Counted from the stretch's first letter, positions 20,356 through 30,082 are shown. The stretch: DNA of 64,000 nucleotides from Candidatus Woesearchaeota archaeon (GCA_018221105.1 JAAOYA010000001.1:114812-178811), one strand, 5' to 3'. Numbers and translations: made by a program. Notes: a model not told the origin generated them from the sequence alone.

Positions 20356-20601
20356 ATGCTTGAAAAAAAATTTGAAGAATTTAAAAGAGGATATGATCAG
20401 GCAAAAGAACTTTTGATAAATATTTTTGAGTCTCAAGAACCAAAGTGTGATTTTCGCTCAGCAGTTCACAATACTAGAGCTCAAGGTCATCAAGCAGCAG
20501 CAACTATAATTGAAGATTTCGGACGAGATATTGCTTGGATCACGTACCATTTGAGACATCCAATAAAAACCTATAATTACAGAAGAAGCATAAACGAATA
20601 A
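20356..20601 (+). CDS. Hypothetical protein
   Basis: 81 aa ORF with GAGGTG SD. Confidence 0.6.
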   Translation: MLEKKFEEFKRGYDQAKELLINIFESQEPKCDFRSAVHNTRAQGHQAAATIIEDFGRDIAWITYHLRHPIKTYNYRRSINE

Positions 20602-20633
20602 TTCTACCCTTTTTCCACACTAGTTCTGAGTGC

Positions 20634-21045
20634 AGGTATTATGCCTTACAAACACTATTAAACTATCAAAAAACAACACTTTTAGCATATCCTGTCATGA
20701 AACCAGGCCTAAACGTTTGAAACCCCTTAAACTATATTGTCGGAATTATTTCTTAATCTTCTATTGTTTTTTCGATCAGTAAAGTATGATGCCAAAAAAA
20801 GGCAATTTATAGCAAAATACTAATTCGGGATTTTATCGAAAAAAAATTTAACTAAAAAAATCAGAATTTTTTTGCTAATTTTTGATAGGCTAGCCACTGG
20901 TCAAAACACTTTGAGCGCTTTAATGAGCAAATAACACAGTATAACAAAAAACAATAATTTTTGCTGAAAAGTTTTAGTCTTTTTTTGTTTCACTGGTCAC
21001 TGGACAAACACGCGCGACAGTTATAAAGTTGTAGGCATTATACCT
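20634..21045. repeat. Imperfect inverted repeats flanking an AT-rich region with CACTGG(T/A)CA repeats
   Basis: AGGTATTATGCCTTACAA (20634-20651) vs reverse complement of 21029-21045, AGGTATAATGCCTACAA; CACTGGTCA at 20895 and 20991, CACTGGACA at 20998. Confidence 0.6.
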
Positions 21046-21103
21046 TAGTATAAACTTGGAAGATTCCAACGTTTGTAAAAATAATAATGTCGAGGTGTTT
21101 TCG

Positions 21104-21586
21104 ATGAGAAAAAAGAACAAAATTGTATTACAAGATATTGAAGCGTCAATGAATCCGACATCGGTAGAGTTAGCGCAAGTAATACTTGCAAGAGCAGGTC
21201 TTGAGCCGCGCAAAGAGGGAAGTACTGAAAAGATGCATAAGATATTAATAGAGCTTTACGAGCGTGCAAAGACTGCTGGGCGTCAAAAACAGCCTGAAGC
21301 TGCTGTTATGACTGTTGAAGAGTTAGCTATTTTCGCAGGCATCACTCGCCAAACAATGTATGATTATCTAAAGCGTTGGCTTGCACTTAATTTGATAACA
21401 AAAACCAGCTACATTGTCAATACTAAGGTTATTATTGGTTATAAGCTCAATGGTGCGACGTTAGAGGCTGCTTTTGATCGTGCTCACGTGCAAGTTAACA
21501 ATATTATGGACTTGACTAAAAAGTATGTGACGCAATTACAACGCGTGATTAAGAACGAAAAAATTAGTGCTTCGCAGCAAAAATAA
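21104..21586 (+). CDS. Winged helix-turn-helix DNA-binding protein
   Basis: TVEELAIFAGITRQTMYDYLKRW..LNLI HTH; GAGGTG SD before ATG 21104. Confidence 0.8.
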   Translation: MRKKNKIVLQDIEASMNPTSVELAQVILARAGLEPRKEGSTEKMHKILIELYERAKTAGRQKQPEAAVMTVEELAIFAGITRQTMYDYLKRWLALNLITKTSYIVNTKVIIGYKLNGATLEAAFDRAHVQVNNIMDLTKKYVTQLQRVIKNEKISASQQK

Positions 21587-21817
21587 CTTTTAATAATTGA
21601 TTGAAAGTTTTAAGCTATTACTTTTTGTTAAAACACCGACAAGCAATCAAATAATGACGACAACATTTGAAAAAATACATTCTAAATAGTAACTACACTA
21701 TTCGAGATTATATCGTAACAACTTTTGAAAAAGTAAGCGCTTCAATTATTTATTTTCAATATGGAAATAATATTGTTTTAGTAAACTTTACATATAACTT
21801 CTAAAGTCTATAAACTC

Positions 21818-22084
21818 ATGAGAAAGTACGACGTGCGATACTTATACGAAGCTTATGGTGCAGCGCAAACAGGCAATGAGGATATGCTATTAAGTTCTAT
21901 GAAACAATCATTTGCTCCACAAACACTTCCGAAAAAAGCTTGGAGGAAATTTGCAAAAGTAAGTGGCTTGCTAACAAGAGTTGCAAACGATGCAAAAGAA
22001 GGCATAACTGTAACAGTTACTAGTGAAGAATTCTATGACGCTATGAATGAATTAGAAAAAGCATTAAATAGTGCTGAAAAGTGA
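21818..22084 (+). CDS. Hypothetical protein
   Basis: 88 aa ORF with upstream TATA-like CATATAAC. Confidence 0.55.
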   Translation: MRKYDVRYLYEAYGAAQTGNEDMLLSSMKQSFAPQTLPKKAWRKFAKVSGLLTRVANDAKEGITVTVTSEEFYDAMNELEKALNSAEK

Positions 22085-22090
22085 GCGATT

Positions 22091-22201
22091 TTAATACCAG
22101 TCTTTGTACTTGGCGGTTTTCTTCCAGTGTTTTCCATTATCGCTTAGTTCTATATCGAGGAACATACGATTATCTGTTTTACTACGTCTTCTTAGAGCCA
22201 T
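22091..22201 (-). CDS. Small basic peptide (36 aa, not in ORF track)
   Basis: MALRRRSKTDNRMFLDIELSDNGKHWKKTAKYKDWY; upstream GGGGGTG SD-like and TTTTATATA TATA. Confidence 0.5.
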   Translation of the reverse strand: MALRRRSKTDNRMFLDIELSDNGKHWKKTAKYKDWY

Positions 22202-22303
22202 TTTAGTCTATTACACCCCCATTAAAGCCTTGAAAAGGCAGGTTATTAGGTACGGGGTACTCCTATATAAAACTAACTGTTGTTAATGCACGAGAAATCC
22301 ACA

Positions 22304-22849
22304 CTAGTGTAGTTGATTCACTATCTTTTTAGCAATTGCAGGATCTAAACTTAAAACACTCTCGCGAGCTTGTTTTTGGCGAAAATCTTCAGAAATCTGC
22401 AAAAAAGCCTCGTGATGACGATACTCTTTGACTAATGGAATGGTTTTATTGATAAGATCAGTGACTAATCGCTTAACAGTCTCCTCGCCAAGCCCGGTAA
22501 CTCTAGCAATAGCACTATAACTAATTTTTTGCTCTGTAGAATACATTGCCAAAAAAACTTTTTGTTCATCAACAGACAATTTAATATCGCTATAATCTGG
22601 AGTGACTTTGAACTCGTGAGCAATAAGTTGTTTTAGAACATTTTGAATTTCATCAACACGTTCACCTAACTTGTCAAGCTTAGCGTCAATTTCGCACATG
22701 TGCTCATAATTAGAATGAATCTCATTAGTGTTCTCGTTAATGGCTTCTAAGTGATCTTCAAACTCTTCACGAACACTTTTGAAAGCACCCTCAACCTTTT
22801 TGTTCATTAGTGTAAGGTCTGTTAAAACTTTATTCTTATCAACTTTCAA
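22304..22849 (-). CDS. Coiled-coil plus C-terminal wHTH protein
   Basis: N-terminal heptads; LSVDEQKVF...ISYSAIARVTGLGEETVKRLV..LI.K.IP. Confidence 0.75.
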   Translation of the reverse strand: MKVDKNKVLTDLTLMNKKVEGAFKSVREEFEDHLEAINENTNEIHSNYEHMCEIDAKLDKLGERVDEIQNVLKQLIAHEFKVTPDYSDIKLSVDEQKVFLAMYSTEQKISYSAIARVTGLGEETVKRLVTDLINKTIPLVKEYRHHEAFLQISEDFRQKQARESVLSLDPAIAKKIVNQLH

Positions 22850-22927
22850 TCAATTCATCCCCCGAAGAACAATTAATGCGATAAAGTCTTATTTAAATAT
22901 TATTGTTCTAGACATTATTGAAAAAAA

Positions 22928-23527
22928 TTAGCAAAACGATTCTAAACCCTCAAAAATCTTAGCTTGTGACTCGCCACTAGGACCTATGTATTGTTCTAGT
23001 TTATCGCCGTAATACTGTAATGTTTCTTTTGTTCTATACTTTGCAACATCATTTAATAATGTAACATAAGCTGGTGCTAAGGTTAGTGTGGCAATAACTG
23101 CTGCTATTTCAGGACCTACAAGGTATTGTAGGCCAAAATATGATAAAAAAGTAGCAGGCGCTAAAAGCGAAGCGTTCGGGATTGATTTAACACTAATAAA
23201 CTCTAATTCTTCTTTTATAAAACTAATATTTGCTTCTTTTCGACGATTACCCTCTAAAAAAAATGAGGTTGCGCCTCTTGCAGTGTGAAAACATATTCCT
23301 GAAAGTTTTGGTAATAAAAAAGTCTCAACAATATTTCCAGCATTACTTGACAAAAACTTTGCAGTGATTTCATCAAGTTCGTGCGCGACAATTGCTGCAC
23401 CAACAGTTTTTGCAATGAGTCCTGCGCTAACACTTGCGTTATAGTAAGGGTTTTCTTTAATCTCACACCATTTTCGAGCGAAAAAACTTTCTTTTGATTG
23501 CTCACACACACTATCTTCTAAATTCAT
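22928..23527 (-). CDS. Hypothetical membrane-associated protein
   Basis: 199 aa ORF with hydrophobic segments and its own TATA. Confidence 0.55.
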   Translation of the reverse strand: MNLEDSVCEQSKESFFARKWCEIKENPYYNASVSAGLIAKTVGAAIVAHELDEITAKFLSSNAGNIVETFLLPKLSGICFHTARGATSFFLEGNRRKEANISFIKEELEFISVKSIPNASLLAPATFLSYFGLQYLVGPEIAAVIATLTLAPAYVTLLNDVAKYRTKETLQYYGDKLEQYIGPSGESQAKIFEGLESFC

Positions 23528-23670
23528 ATGTTTTTGACAAAACAGTTAAATATAAATTTTTCGACGAGAAAAAAGAGTAGGTTTTATAAATAAAACAGGG
23601 TTTCCAGCCAATGCTGAGACACCTTTAAAGGTTGAACTATCAGGTTCTTAGGTCTCGGGAGGAAAAACAA

Positions 23671-24234
23671 ATGGAATTAAAAGTAGTATTAAATGATTCA
23701 AAAACAGGCAAGAGTTATCAAAAAGCACTTGATGATAACACATCAAAAAGTCTTCTAAACAAAAAAATTGGTGATACAATAAAAGGAGAACTAATAGATT
23801 TAACAGGCTACGAGTTCGAAATCACAGGCGGCAGTGATAGTAGTGGCTTTCCAATGCGAAAAGACGTCAAAGGATCAGCACGCAAAAGACTATTACTAAC
23901 AGCTGGAACTATAGGCTTTAAAAAAGGCAAACGCAAAGGCCTAAGACGGCGCCGAACAATAGCTGGCAACACAATACACGAAAAAATAGCACAAGTAAAC
24001 CTCAAAATCTTAAAGCATGGCAAAACACCATTAGACGTTCCAACAGAAGCACAAGCTCCTGCGCAAACAGAAGCCCCAACAGAAAAACCTGCAGAAGCAC
24101 CAAAAGTAGAAGAGAAAAAAGAAGCAGTAAAAGAAGAACCAAAAGAAGAAAAATCAGAACCTAAAACCGAAGAGAAGACTGCAAAAGAAAAGGAGTCTAA
24201 AGCAGAAGAAAAAGCAGAGGAGAAAAAAGAATAA
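23671..24234 (+). CDS. rps6e: 30S ribosomal protein S6e with E/K/A/P-rich tail
   Basis: ITGGSDSSGFPMR..V.G, RRRRTIAGN, QVNLKI; GGAGG SD before ATG 23671. Confidence 0.96.
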   Translation: MELKVVLNDSKTGKSYQKALDDNTSKSLLNKKIGDTIKGELIDLTGYEFEITGGSDSSGFPMRKDVKGSARKRLLLTAGTIGFKKGKRKGLRRRRTIAGNTIHEKIAQVNLKILKHGKTPLDVPTEAQAPAQTEAPTEKPAEAPKVEEKKEAVKEEPKEEKSEPKTEEKTAKEKESKAEEKAEEKKE

Positions 24235-24264
24235 TTTTTATATATTCTTTTTTTATCAACTAAC

Positions 24265-24822
24265 ATGCAATCAATTAGAGGATTTATCTATTTTAAGGAC
24301 AAAACTTATGACGAAGTGTTAACTACTTTTGAGGATTTTCAACTTGATTCTGTAAAACTTGCTTTTTTCAAATCATTAAACCATTATGGCACCAAGATAT
24401 TGCAACCGGGCGTTTTTATATCAGGAACAGTAAAAAAAGAGCATTCCTCAAAAGACATAGTGAATATTTTCAGAGCGCAAGCAGGTCTTGAAGAAAAAAC
24501 AGAAGCTTGCGATGTTTCAATAGAGTCAGAAGATACCATAAAAGAATTACAACAAGGACCTTTAAAAGGCCATTATACAGGCTTAAGAATCCTGCCACCA
24601 TACACTGTAGAACACATTTTTGAACTATCAAAACTCATCAGTAAAACAATTAACGCTCACAATGTCCTAGTAAGAAGTGTTGAATCAGAACTTGATGAAC
24701 CATCAATTTGTATTGATTTGATAACAAAAGAAGAATTCGAACAAAACAGAACACAAGTTGAAAAAATACTAAGTTCAGCAGGACTAAACATTGGAAAATA
24801 CATATTTCTTACGCTAGAGTAA
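24265..24822 (+). CDS. Hypothetical protein
   Basis: 185 aa ORF with TATA upstream. Confidence 0.6.
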   Translation: MQSIRGFIYFKDKTYDEVLTTFEDFQLDSVKLAFFKSLNHYGTKILQPGVFISGTVKKEHSSKDIVNIFRAQAGLEEKTEACDVSIESEDTIKELQQGPLKGHYTGLRILPPYTVEHIFELSKLISKTINAHNVLVRSVESELDEPSICIDLITKEEFEQNRTQVEKILSSAGLNIGKYIFLTLE

Positions 24823-24874
24823 ACACTGTTCTAACGCAATACTTTTATAAATACAGCACAATTCATTGGCGGTG

Positions 24875-26104
24875 ATGAAAGACACATTAACACAACCACA
24901 AATAAACATTGGCCTTGTAGGACACGTAGATCATGGCAAGACTACGCTAACACAATCATTAAGCGGCAAGTGGACTGATACACATTCTGAAGAATTAAAA
25001 CGTGGCATTACAATACGATTAGGCTATGCTGATACAATTATCAGGTATTGTAAAAAGTGCAAAGAGTACACTGTAAAAGAAAAATGTTCATCATGCAAAG
25101 GCACGTCAGTTGTTGTTAGAACAGTTAGTTTTGTTGACGCTCCAGGACACGAAAGCCTAATGGCTACAATGCTATCAGGAACAGCAATGATGGACGGAGC
25201 ACTACTACTAGTTGCTGCAAACGAGGATTGCCCACAACCACAAACACGAGAACATTTAATGGCATTAGAGATTAGCGGAATAAAAAACGTTATAATAGTA
25301 CAAAACAAAATCGATCTGGTAACACCAGAGCAAGCAAAAAAAAATTATGATCAAATAAAAAAATTCACCAAAGGCACAATAGCACAAGACTCGCCAATCA
25401 TTCCAATTTCTGCACAGCACAACGTTAACATAGACTTATTATTAGAGACTATTGAAAAAGTCATGCCAACACCAAAACGCAACCCAAAAGCCGAGACAAA
25501 ATTATTCGTTGCAAGAAGTTTCGATATTAATAAGCCAGGAAGCAAACCAAAAAGCTTTGTTGGAGGAGTGCTAGGTGGAGCTTTAGTGCAAGGAAAAATA
25601 AAAACAGGCGACACAATAGAAATAAGACCTGGCAGAAAAATAGAGCGCCAAGGAAAAACCTTTTACGAGCCACTAACAACCAAAATAGCAAGCATCAACA
25701 CAGGAGGCCAAACAGTAAAAGAAGCAATACCAGGGGGCAGTATAGGACTATTAACAACACTAGACCCTTCAATTGTAAAAAGTGACGCGTTAGTAGGCTC
25801 AGTAGTAGGCACTCCAGGAAAACTGCCGCCAGTACTATCAGAATTAACAGTCGAACCACACCTATTAGAAAGAGTCGTTGGAAGCAAAGAAGACCTTGAA
25901 GTAGAACCAATAAAAAAAGGCGAGCCATTAATGCTAAACATCAACAGTGCGGCAACAGTAGGAATAGTAGCAGAACTACAAAAAAACCTTTTCAAATGTC
26001 CCCTAAAAATACCGATATGCGCAAATTCTGGCGACAGAATAACAATTAGTCGACGCGTGGGAACACGATTCAGACTAATAGGTTATGGAATAATAAAAGA
26101 ATAA
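24875..26104 (+). CDS. eif2g: Translation initiation factor 2 subunit gamma
   Basis: GHVDHGKTT, RGITIRLGY, zinc knuckle, DAPGHE, NKID, RLIGYG. Confidence 0.97.
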   Translation: MKDTLTQPQINIGLVGHVDHGKTTLTQSLSGKWTDTHSEELKRGITIRLGYADTIIRYCKKCKEYTVKEKCSSCKGTSVVVRTVSFVDAPGHESLMATMLSGTAMMDGALLLVAANEDCPQPQTREHLMALEISGIKNVIIVQNKIDLVTPEQAKKNYDQIKKFTKGTIAQDSPIIPISAQHNVNIDLLLETIEKVMPTPKRNPKAETKLFVARSFDINKPGSKPKSFVGGVLGGALVQGKIKTGDTIEIRPGRKIERQGKTFYEPLTTKIASINTGGQTVKEAIPGGSIGLLTTLDPSIVKSDALVGSVVGTPGKLPPVLSELTVEPHLLERVVGSKEDLEVEPIKKGEPLMLNINSAATVGIVAELQKNLFKCPLKIPICANSGDRITISRRVGTRFRLIGYGIIKE

Positions 26105-26139
26105 AACTTATATATAACTATTCTGTCGTAGTGATTACA

Positions 26140-26355
26140 ATGTTAGCTACTAAAAAAGACTTATTAAATCTAAACAAAAGCCTATCAAGAAGCTTTGCAC
26201 GCGTAAAGCGCGACATAGAAATCATCAAAGCAATGCAAGAACACCAAATGGCCTACAAAGCAGAAATCAAGTACTTACAAGATCAGATCTACAAATTAAA
26301 ACACGAACTATACCAAGAAATAACAAAAAAGAAAAAAACAGACAAGAAAAAATAG
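26140..26355 (+). CDS. Small coiled-coil protein
   Basis: NKSLSRSFARVKRDI motif shared with 20169 and 22304 ORFs. Confidence 0.65.
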   Translation: MLATKKDLLNLNKSLSRSFARVKRDIEIIKAMQEHQMAYKAEIKYLQDQIYKLKHELYQEITKKKKTDKKK

Positions 26356-26364
26356 GATTTTAAT

Positions 26365-26631
26365 ATGAGATTGCATAATGCTATCGGAACGGTTGTAGCA
26401 TCATATGATGAAACTAATTTAGTTTATGATGATGGGCTTACAGGAGAAATAAATTTTATAAAAGACTGGCACGGCAATATTTATGAAGTACATAGCGTTT
26501 TTAAAGGCGAAAAACTAAATGTAAGTTTTGTTGGAGAGTGGCGTCACGAGGGCTTAGAAAGAAAAGTTGGTGATAAATGGCTCACTCCTGAAAAGCACAG
26601 AGATATAATTGATACAATAAAAAGAGAATAA
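26365..26631 (+). CDS. Hypothetical protein
   Basis: 88 aa ORF. Confidence 0.55.
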   Translation: MRLHNAIGTVVASYDETNLVYDDGLTGEINFIKDWHGNIYEVHSVFKGEKLNVSFVGEWRHEGLERKVGDKWLTPEKHRDIIDTIKRE

Positions 26632-26666
26632 CAAAAAAGAAAACAAAGAAAAAATAATTCTATAAA

Positions 26667-27188
26667 ATGGATGTTTACGAAAAAGCTCATGAAGTAATGT
26701 ATTCTATGCTAGACAGGCTTACATCATATTGTGGCCTTCAAGTGCCAGAAGAATTTCGTGGCGGGATAACAATGAAAGAAATTGAAGATTTCTATTTTCG
26801 CTACCAATTTAATTGGTGGCAAAAAAATCATCCATACCTAACAACAGATAAGATAAATGAAAAAGCCGAAGTCAGTACTAAAGAACGACTAGCGAACCAT
26901 AGAAGAAAAGCAAAATTTGAAACAGTACAAGAAGTAATCAATAGGCGAGAAAACGATTTTATATGCGAGTTTTTGGCAATGCTATTAGTACAAGAGCTTG
27001 AAGATGAAGGAATAGACTCAAGAGTGAGAAAACTAGCATTAGATCATTGTGTTATACTAGAGCAGAATGATGATTGGATGGTGCTTTCCCCAGGAGAAGA
27101 ATGGGGTTATAAAGTTATGAAGGAGTTAAGAATGGATACTTCACTTCTTGTTGGTAGAAGATTATTGGGTCCCTCGCCTGACGATTAA
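26667..27188 (+). CDS. Hypothetical protein, possible transglutaminase-like fold
   Basis: ICEFLAMLL...EGIDSR...DHCVIL...W.VLSP; third triad residue not conserved. Confidence 0.4.
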   Translation: MDVYEKAHEVMYSMLDRLTSYCGLQVPEEFRGGITMKEIEDFYFRYQFNWWQKNHPYLTTDKINEKAEVSTKERLANHRRKAKFETVQEVINRRENDFICEFLAMLLVQELEDEGIDSRVRKLALDHCVILEQNDDWMVLSPGEEWGYKVMKELRMDTSLLVGRRLLGPSPDD

Positions 27189-27226
27189 CCATCAAATTTA
27201 AAAACCTTCAGAACATTTCTTTTTTT

Positions 27227-27814
27227 ATGAGCAGGCTAGTAGCACACGCAACACTAATAACAGAAAAACTTCTTTTGCCAAAAAAAACAGTCAACAAACT
27301 ATTAGGTTTGATGGGAGAACTAAAAGAGCGCAATATTTTAGAGTACGGTTGCAACGTTGGAACACTAACATTAGAATTAGCAAGAAAAACAGGTCCTAAA
27401 GGGCACGTTTATGCAACAGAACTTTTCGAGGCAGACATAAAACTATTAAAAAAAAGATTAAAAAAGCATAACTTAGACAATGTTACAATAATACAAGACG
27501 AAAATCACCGCCATCAAGTAAGCCCAAAAGTGCCAAAAGTGGACATTGTAGTAAGCGCAGGAATGTTAAGCTACACTCATAACATAAAAAAAGTATTAAA
27601 AGAGCTAAATGATCGCTTGATTATTGGTGGCAAAATAGTAGCATTAGAATACGATAACTTTTACGGTTTTGTCGACAATGAATACTGGCTAAAATACAAC
27701 ACTACAATAGAACAAACATTCTACAAAGCTGGTTTTGATGTTAGTGTAGAGCGCTCTCACGGACCACTATGGCAATATATTTTTATTTACGGGAAAAAAG
27801 TTCGCAATGTCTAA
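27227..27814 (+). CDS. Class I SAM-dependent methyltransferase
   Basis: ILEYGCNVG motif I, VYATE, VDIVV, L..GGKI. Confidence 0.85.
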   Translation: MSRLVAHATLITEKLLLPKKTVNKLLGLMGELKERNILEYGCNVGTLTLELARKTGPKGHVYATELFEADIKLLKKRLKKHNLDNVTIIQDENHRHQVSPKVPKVDIVVSAGMLSYTHNIKKVLKELNDRLIIGGKIVALEYDNFYGFVDNEYWLKYNTTIEQTFYKAGFDVSVERSHGPLWQYIFIYGKKVRNV

Positions 27815-28086
27815 ACTGCACTAATTATTAATTCGTCATCGTTTTGTTCTATTATTATTTGCGACAAATTATTAATCACTAAATCGTTGCCTACTAACAA
27901 GTATTGAACATTCAAATTTTTTAATAATATTTTTGATATGTTTTCAAACTCTAAAATTTTATCTGCGGCTTTAGAATTATATTGAGGGTTATTAGCATCG
28001 TACAACGCTACTAGCGCATTATAGATTTCCTCGCCTGTTTTTTTGCGACTTACAATTATGCTTTTTGTTTTATATTCTGCTCCCAT
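27811..28086 (-). CDS. Hypothetical protein
   Basis: ORF from ATG 28086 with TTTATAAA TATA upstream. Confidence 0.5.
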   Translation of the reverse strand: MGAEYKTKSIIVSRKKTGEEIYNALVALYDANNPQYNSKAADKILEFENISKILLKNLNVQYLLVGNDLVINNLSQIIIEQNDDELIISAV

Positions 28087-28121
28087 AAAACCTAAAAAAG
28101 AAACCAAATTTATAAAACTTA

Positions 28122-28592
28122 CTATATACCTGAGTGTACTCTAAAAGAATGCCAAGTTCTTTTTAAAGCTTGTATGGATTCTACTGGCTTTGTTCTGTAT
28201 AATTCACGACCTTTGTATATGTTACGACCTACATCACCTTTACCTTCATCACTCCCTATTGAACGATCCATATCAGTTAAAGTAGCAATGTGCAAGCTTA
28301 ACCTTTGCCAAAATTCATTGTTTTCTAGTTTTTCTTTTAGTTCATTTCTTAGATTTCCTCTTTGCAAGCTTTCTTTTGTCGTCCAATAATCATAAAAATG
28401 TTTGATTCTCCTATTTCTTCTCCAAGAATATGACTCGTCAGCCAATAACATGAAAATGTCAATATCTGATTTTTCAGGATTCCACTTACCATTTTGATAA
28501 CTACCAAATACTCTTACCTCTAAAAGTGAAGGAATTTCGCTAATGGCGATACTGGTAAGCTTTTCAAGATTTTGTTCTATTTGCTGGAGCAT
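28122..28592 (-). CDS. Minimal nucleotidyltransferase (MNT-like)
   Basis: VFGS..G......SDIDIF. Confidence 0.8.
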   Translation of the reverse strand: MLQQIEQNLEKLTSIAISEIPSLLEVRVFGSYQNGKWNPEKSDIDIFMLLADESYSWRRNRRIKHFYDYWTTKESLQRGNLRNELKEKLENNEFWQRLSLHIATLTDMDRSIGSDEGKGDVGRNIYKGRELYRTKPVESIQALKRTWHSFRVHSGI

Positions 28593-28631
28593 TTAACGAT
28601 AGAAATTAAGTTATTTAAAAATATTATAGAT

Positions 28632-29231
28632 TTAGCGTGAGCTGTCAGCTTGTCGTTCTAGTTCGTTCTTTTTGGCAATTGCTACTGAATTAGCGCTTTT
28701 TTGATAAGCGTTGATTATCTCGTCTGCTAGTGCTGCTTCTGCTGATTTTTTTTTGGCAAAGCTTTTCTGATAACTTCCTTGTGTCATAAACTTTAATACT
28801 ATATCGACGCGTCTTTGAGGTGCGCACTCTACAGCTTTTGGATAACGTGCTCCACCGTACTCTATTGTTATTATTTCTTCTCGCGGTGCTGCGTTCTCAA
28901 TTGCTTTTACGAACACTTCAATAGGATTCTTTTTTGTTCTATCTTGTATTATTTCAAAAGTTTTCTTTACAAGAGTGTAAACTTTTTGGCTTTTTCCAGT
29001 GTTATGACCTGAACTTAAAAAGTGTTTTTTTGATTTGTGCCCTGGAACCATTAAACGATTAATTAATCTTTCAACTATGAAAACTCTTGATTTGTGGAAT
29101 CTGTTTCCAGCGTAGCGAGCGCCTGTTTTTGGCACTATGCGAGGGGTTAAAGTGATATAATTTTTTAGTCCTGGGTCGTCAACTTTGATTGTTGAGGTGT
29201 CCCACTTGTTAAAAGCTAGTATTTGGCTCAT
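28632..29231 (-). CDS. rps7: 30S ribosomal protein S7
   Basis: [34 protein letters not shown]. Confidence 0.98.
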   Translation of the reverse strand: MSQILAFNKWDTSTIKVDDPGLKNYITLTPRIVPKTGARYAGNRFHKSRVFIVERLINRLMVPGHKSKKHFLSSGHNTGKSQKVYTLVKKTFEIIQDRTKKNPIEVFVKAIENAAPREEIITIEYGGARYPKAVECAPQRRVDIVLKFMTQGSYQKSFAKKKSAEAALADEIINAYQKSANSVAIAKKNELERQADSSR

Positions 29232-29665
29232 TTTCTAGCTTTCTCCAATTTACCGCCTAGTAGCGCGTTTAATGATTGATCGTTAACTTTTATTACGTGC
29301 CAGCGTACTCCTGAAAGGTCTCCTTTTGAGCGTCCCATTTTGCCGCCAATACACTCTATTAGCACTTCGTCGTGCTCATCAATAAGTTTTGAAGCGCCGT
29401 CTCCTGGGCAAAAAGCTGTTACTTGCTTGCCATTCTTGATTAATTGTACTCTAACGCATTTTCTCATTGCACTGTTTGGTTGTTTAGCTTCTAATTGTAC
29501 TTTTTCGAGTACTATTCCTTTAGCCATTGAAGAGCCGCGCAATGGATCACTTTTTCTTTTCAAATCAAAGACTTTTCTCTTGTATACACTGCTAGCAAGG
29601 CGACTTTTTTTGCGCCTAGCGCGAAGTTTTGCTCCTGCGTTAATACCACTTGCTTTTTTACTCAT
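29228..29665 (-). CDS. rps12: 30S ribosomal protein S12
   Basis: [22 protein letters not shown]. Confidence 0.98.
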   Translation of the reverse strand: MSKKASGINAGAKLRARRKKSRLASSVYKRKVFDLKRKSDPLRGSSMAKGIVLEKVQLEAKQPNSAMRKCVRVQLIKNGKQVTAFCPGDGASKLIDEHDEVLIECIGGKMGRSKGDLSGVRWHVIKVNDQSLNALLGGKLEKARK

Positions 29666-30081
29666 TTTACTTTAAGCTCTCCTAAAGGATAATATCTTTT
29701 TATTATTGCTTCAATATTGCGTAAATTTTGAGCGTTTCGACCGATTAAAATGCCGCGACTTTTGCTGTCAACAGCCACAATTTCGATAATTTCATCGTCT
29801 AAACGTTCTATTGAACTGATTTTTGTTGGAAATGTCGTGTTTTTTAAAAAGCTTTCTATATCGGTTGCGAATTCTATGATTCGAATTTTTCTTTTTAATG
29901 ATTCTTCAAGCTTTTTTACATTGACTGCTTTTTTGCCGATTGCTTTTAATATTTCTCCAGGCATTACAATGAACACTAACTTGTCAAATTTGTCTTCAAA
30001 ACAATCTTTTAATCGTGTACGAGTAAGTTTTTCAAAGTGCTTCATAGCGCTTAGAATTTGTCCATCGTACTTTATTCTCAT
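29662..30081 (-). CDS. nusA: Archaeal NusA-like KH-domain protein
   Basis: Two KH GxxG-like loops (AIGKK, IGRNA); operon position. Confidence 0.92.
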   Translation of the reverse strand: MRIKYDGQILSAMKHFEKLTRTRLKDCFEDKFDKLVFIVMPGEILKAIGKKAVNVKKLEESLKRKIRIIEFATDIESFLKNTTFPTKISSIERLDDEIIEIVAVDSKSRGILIGRNAQNLRNIEAIIKRYYPLGELKVK

Positions 30082-30082
30082 C

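Noticed and set aside
21029..21056. dif/Xer recombination site
   Set aside because: Palindrome is TTATAC-N4-GTATAA, not the 11-6-11 ATAA-N6-TTAT dif architecture; no Xer gene nearby
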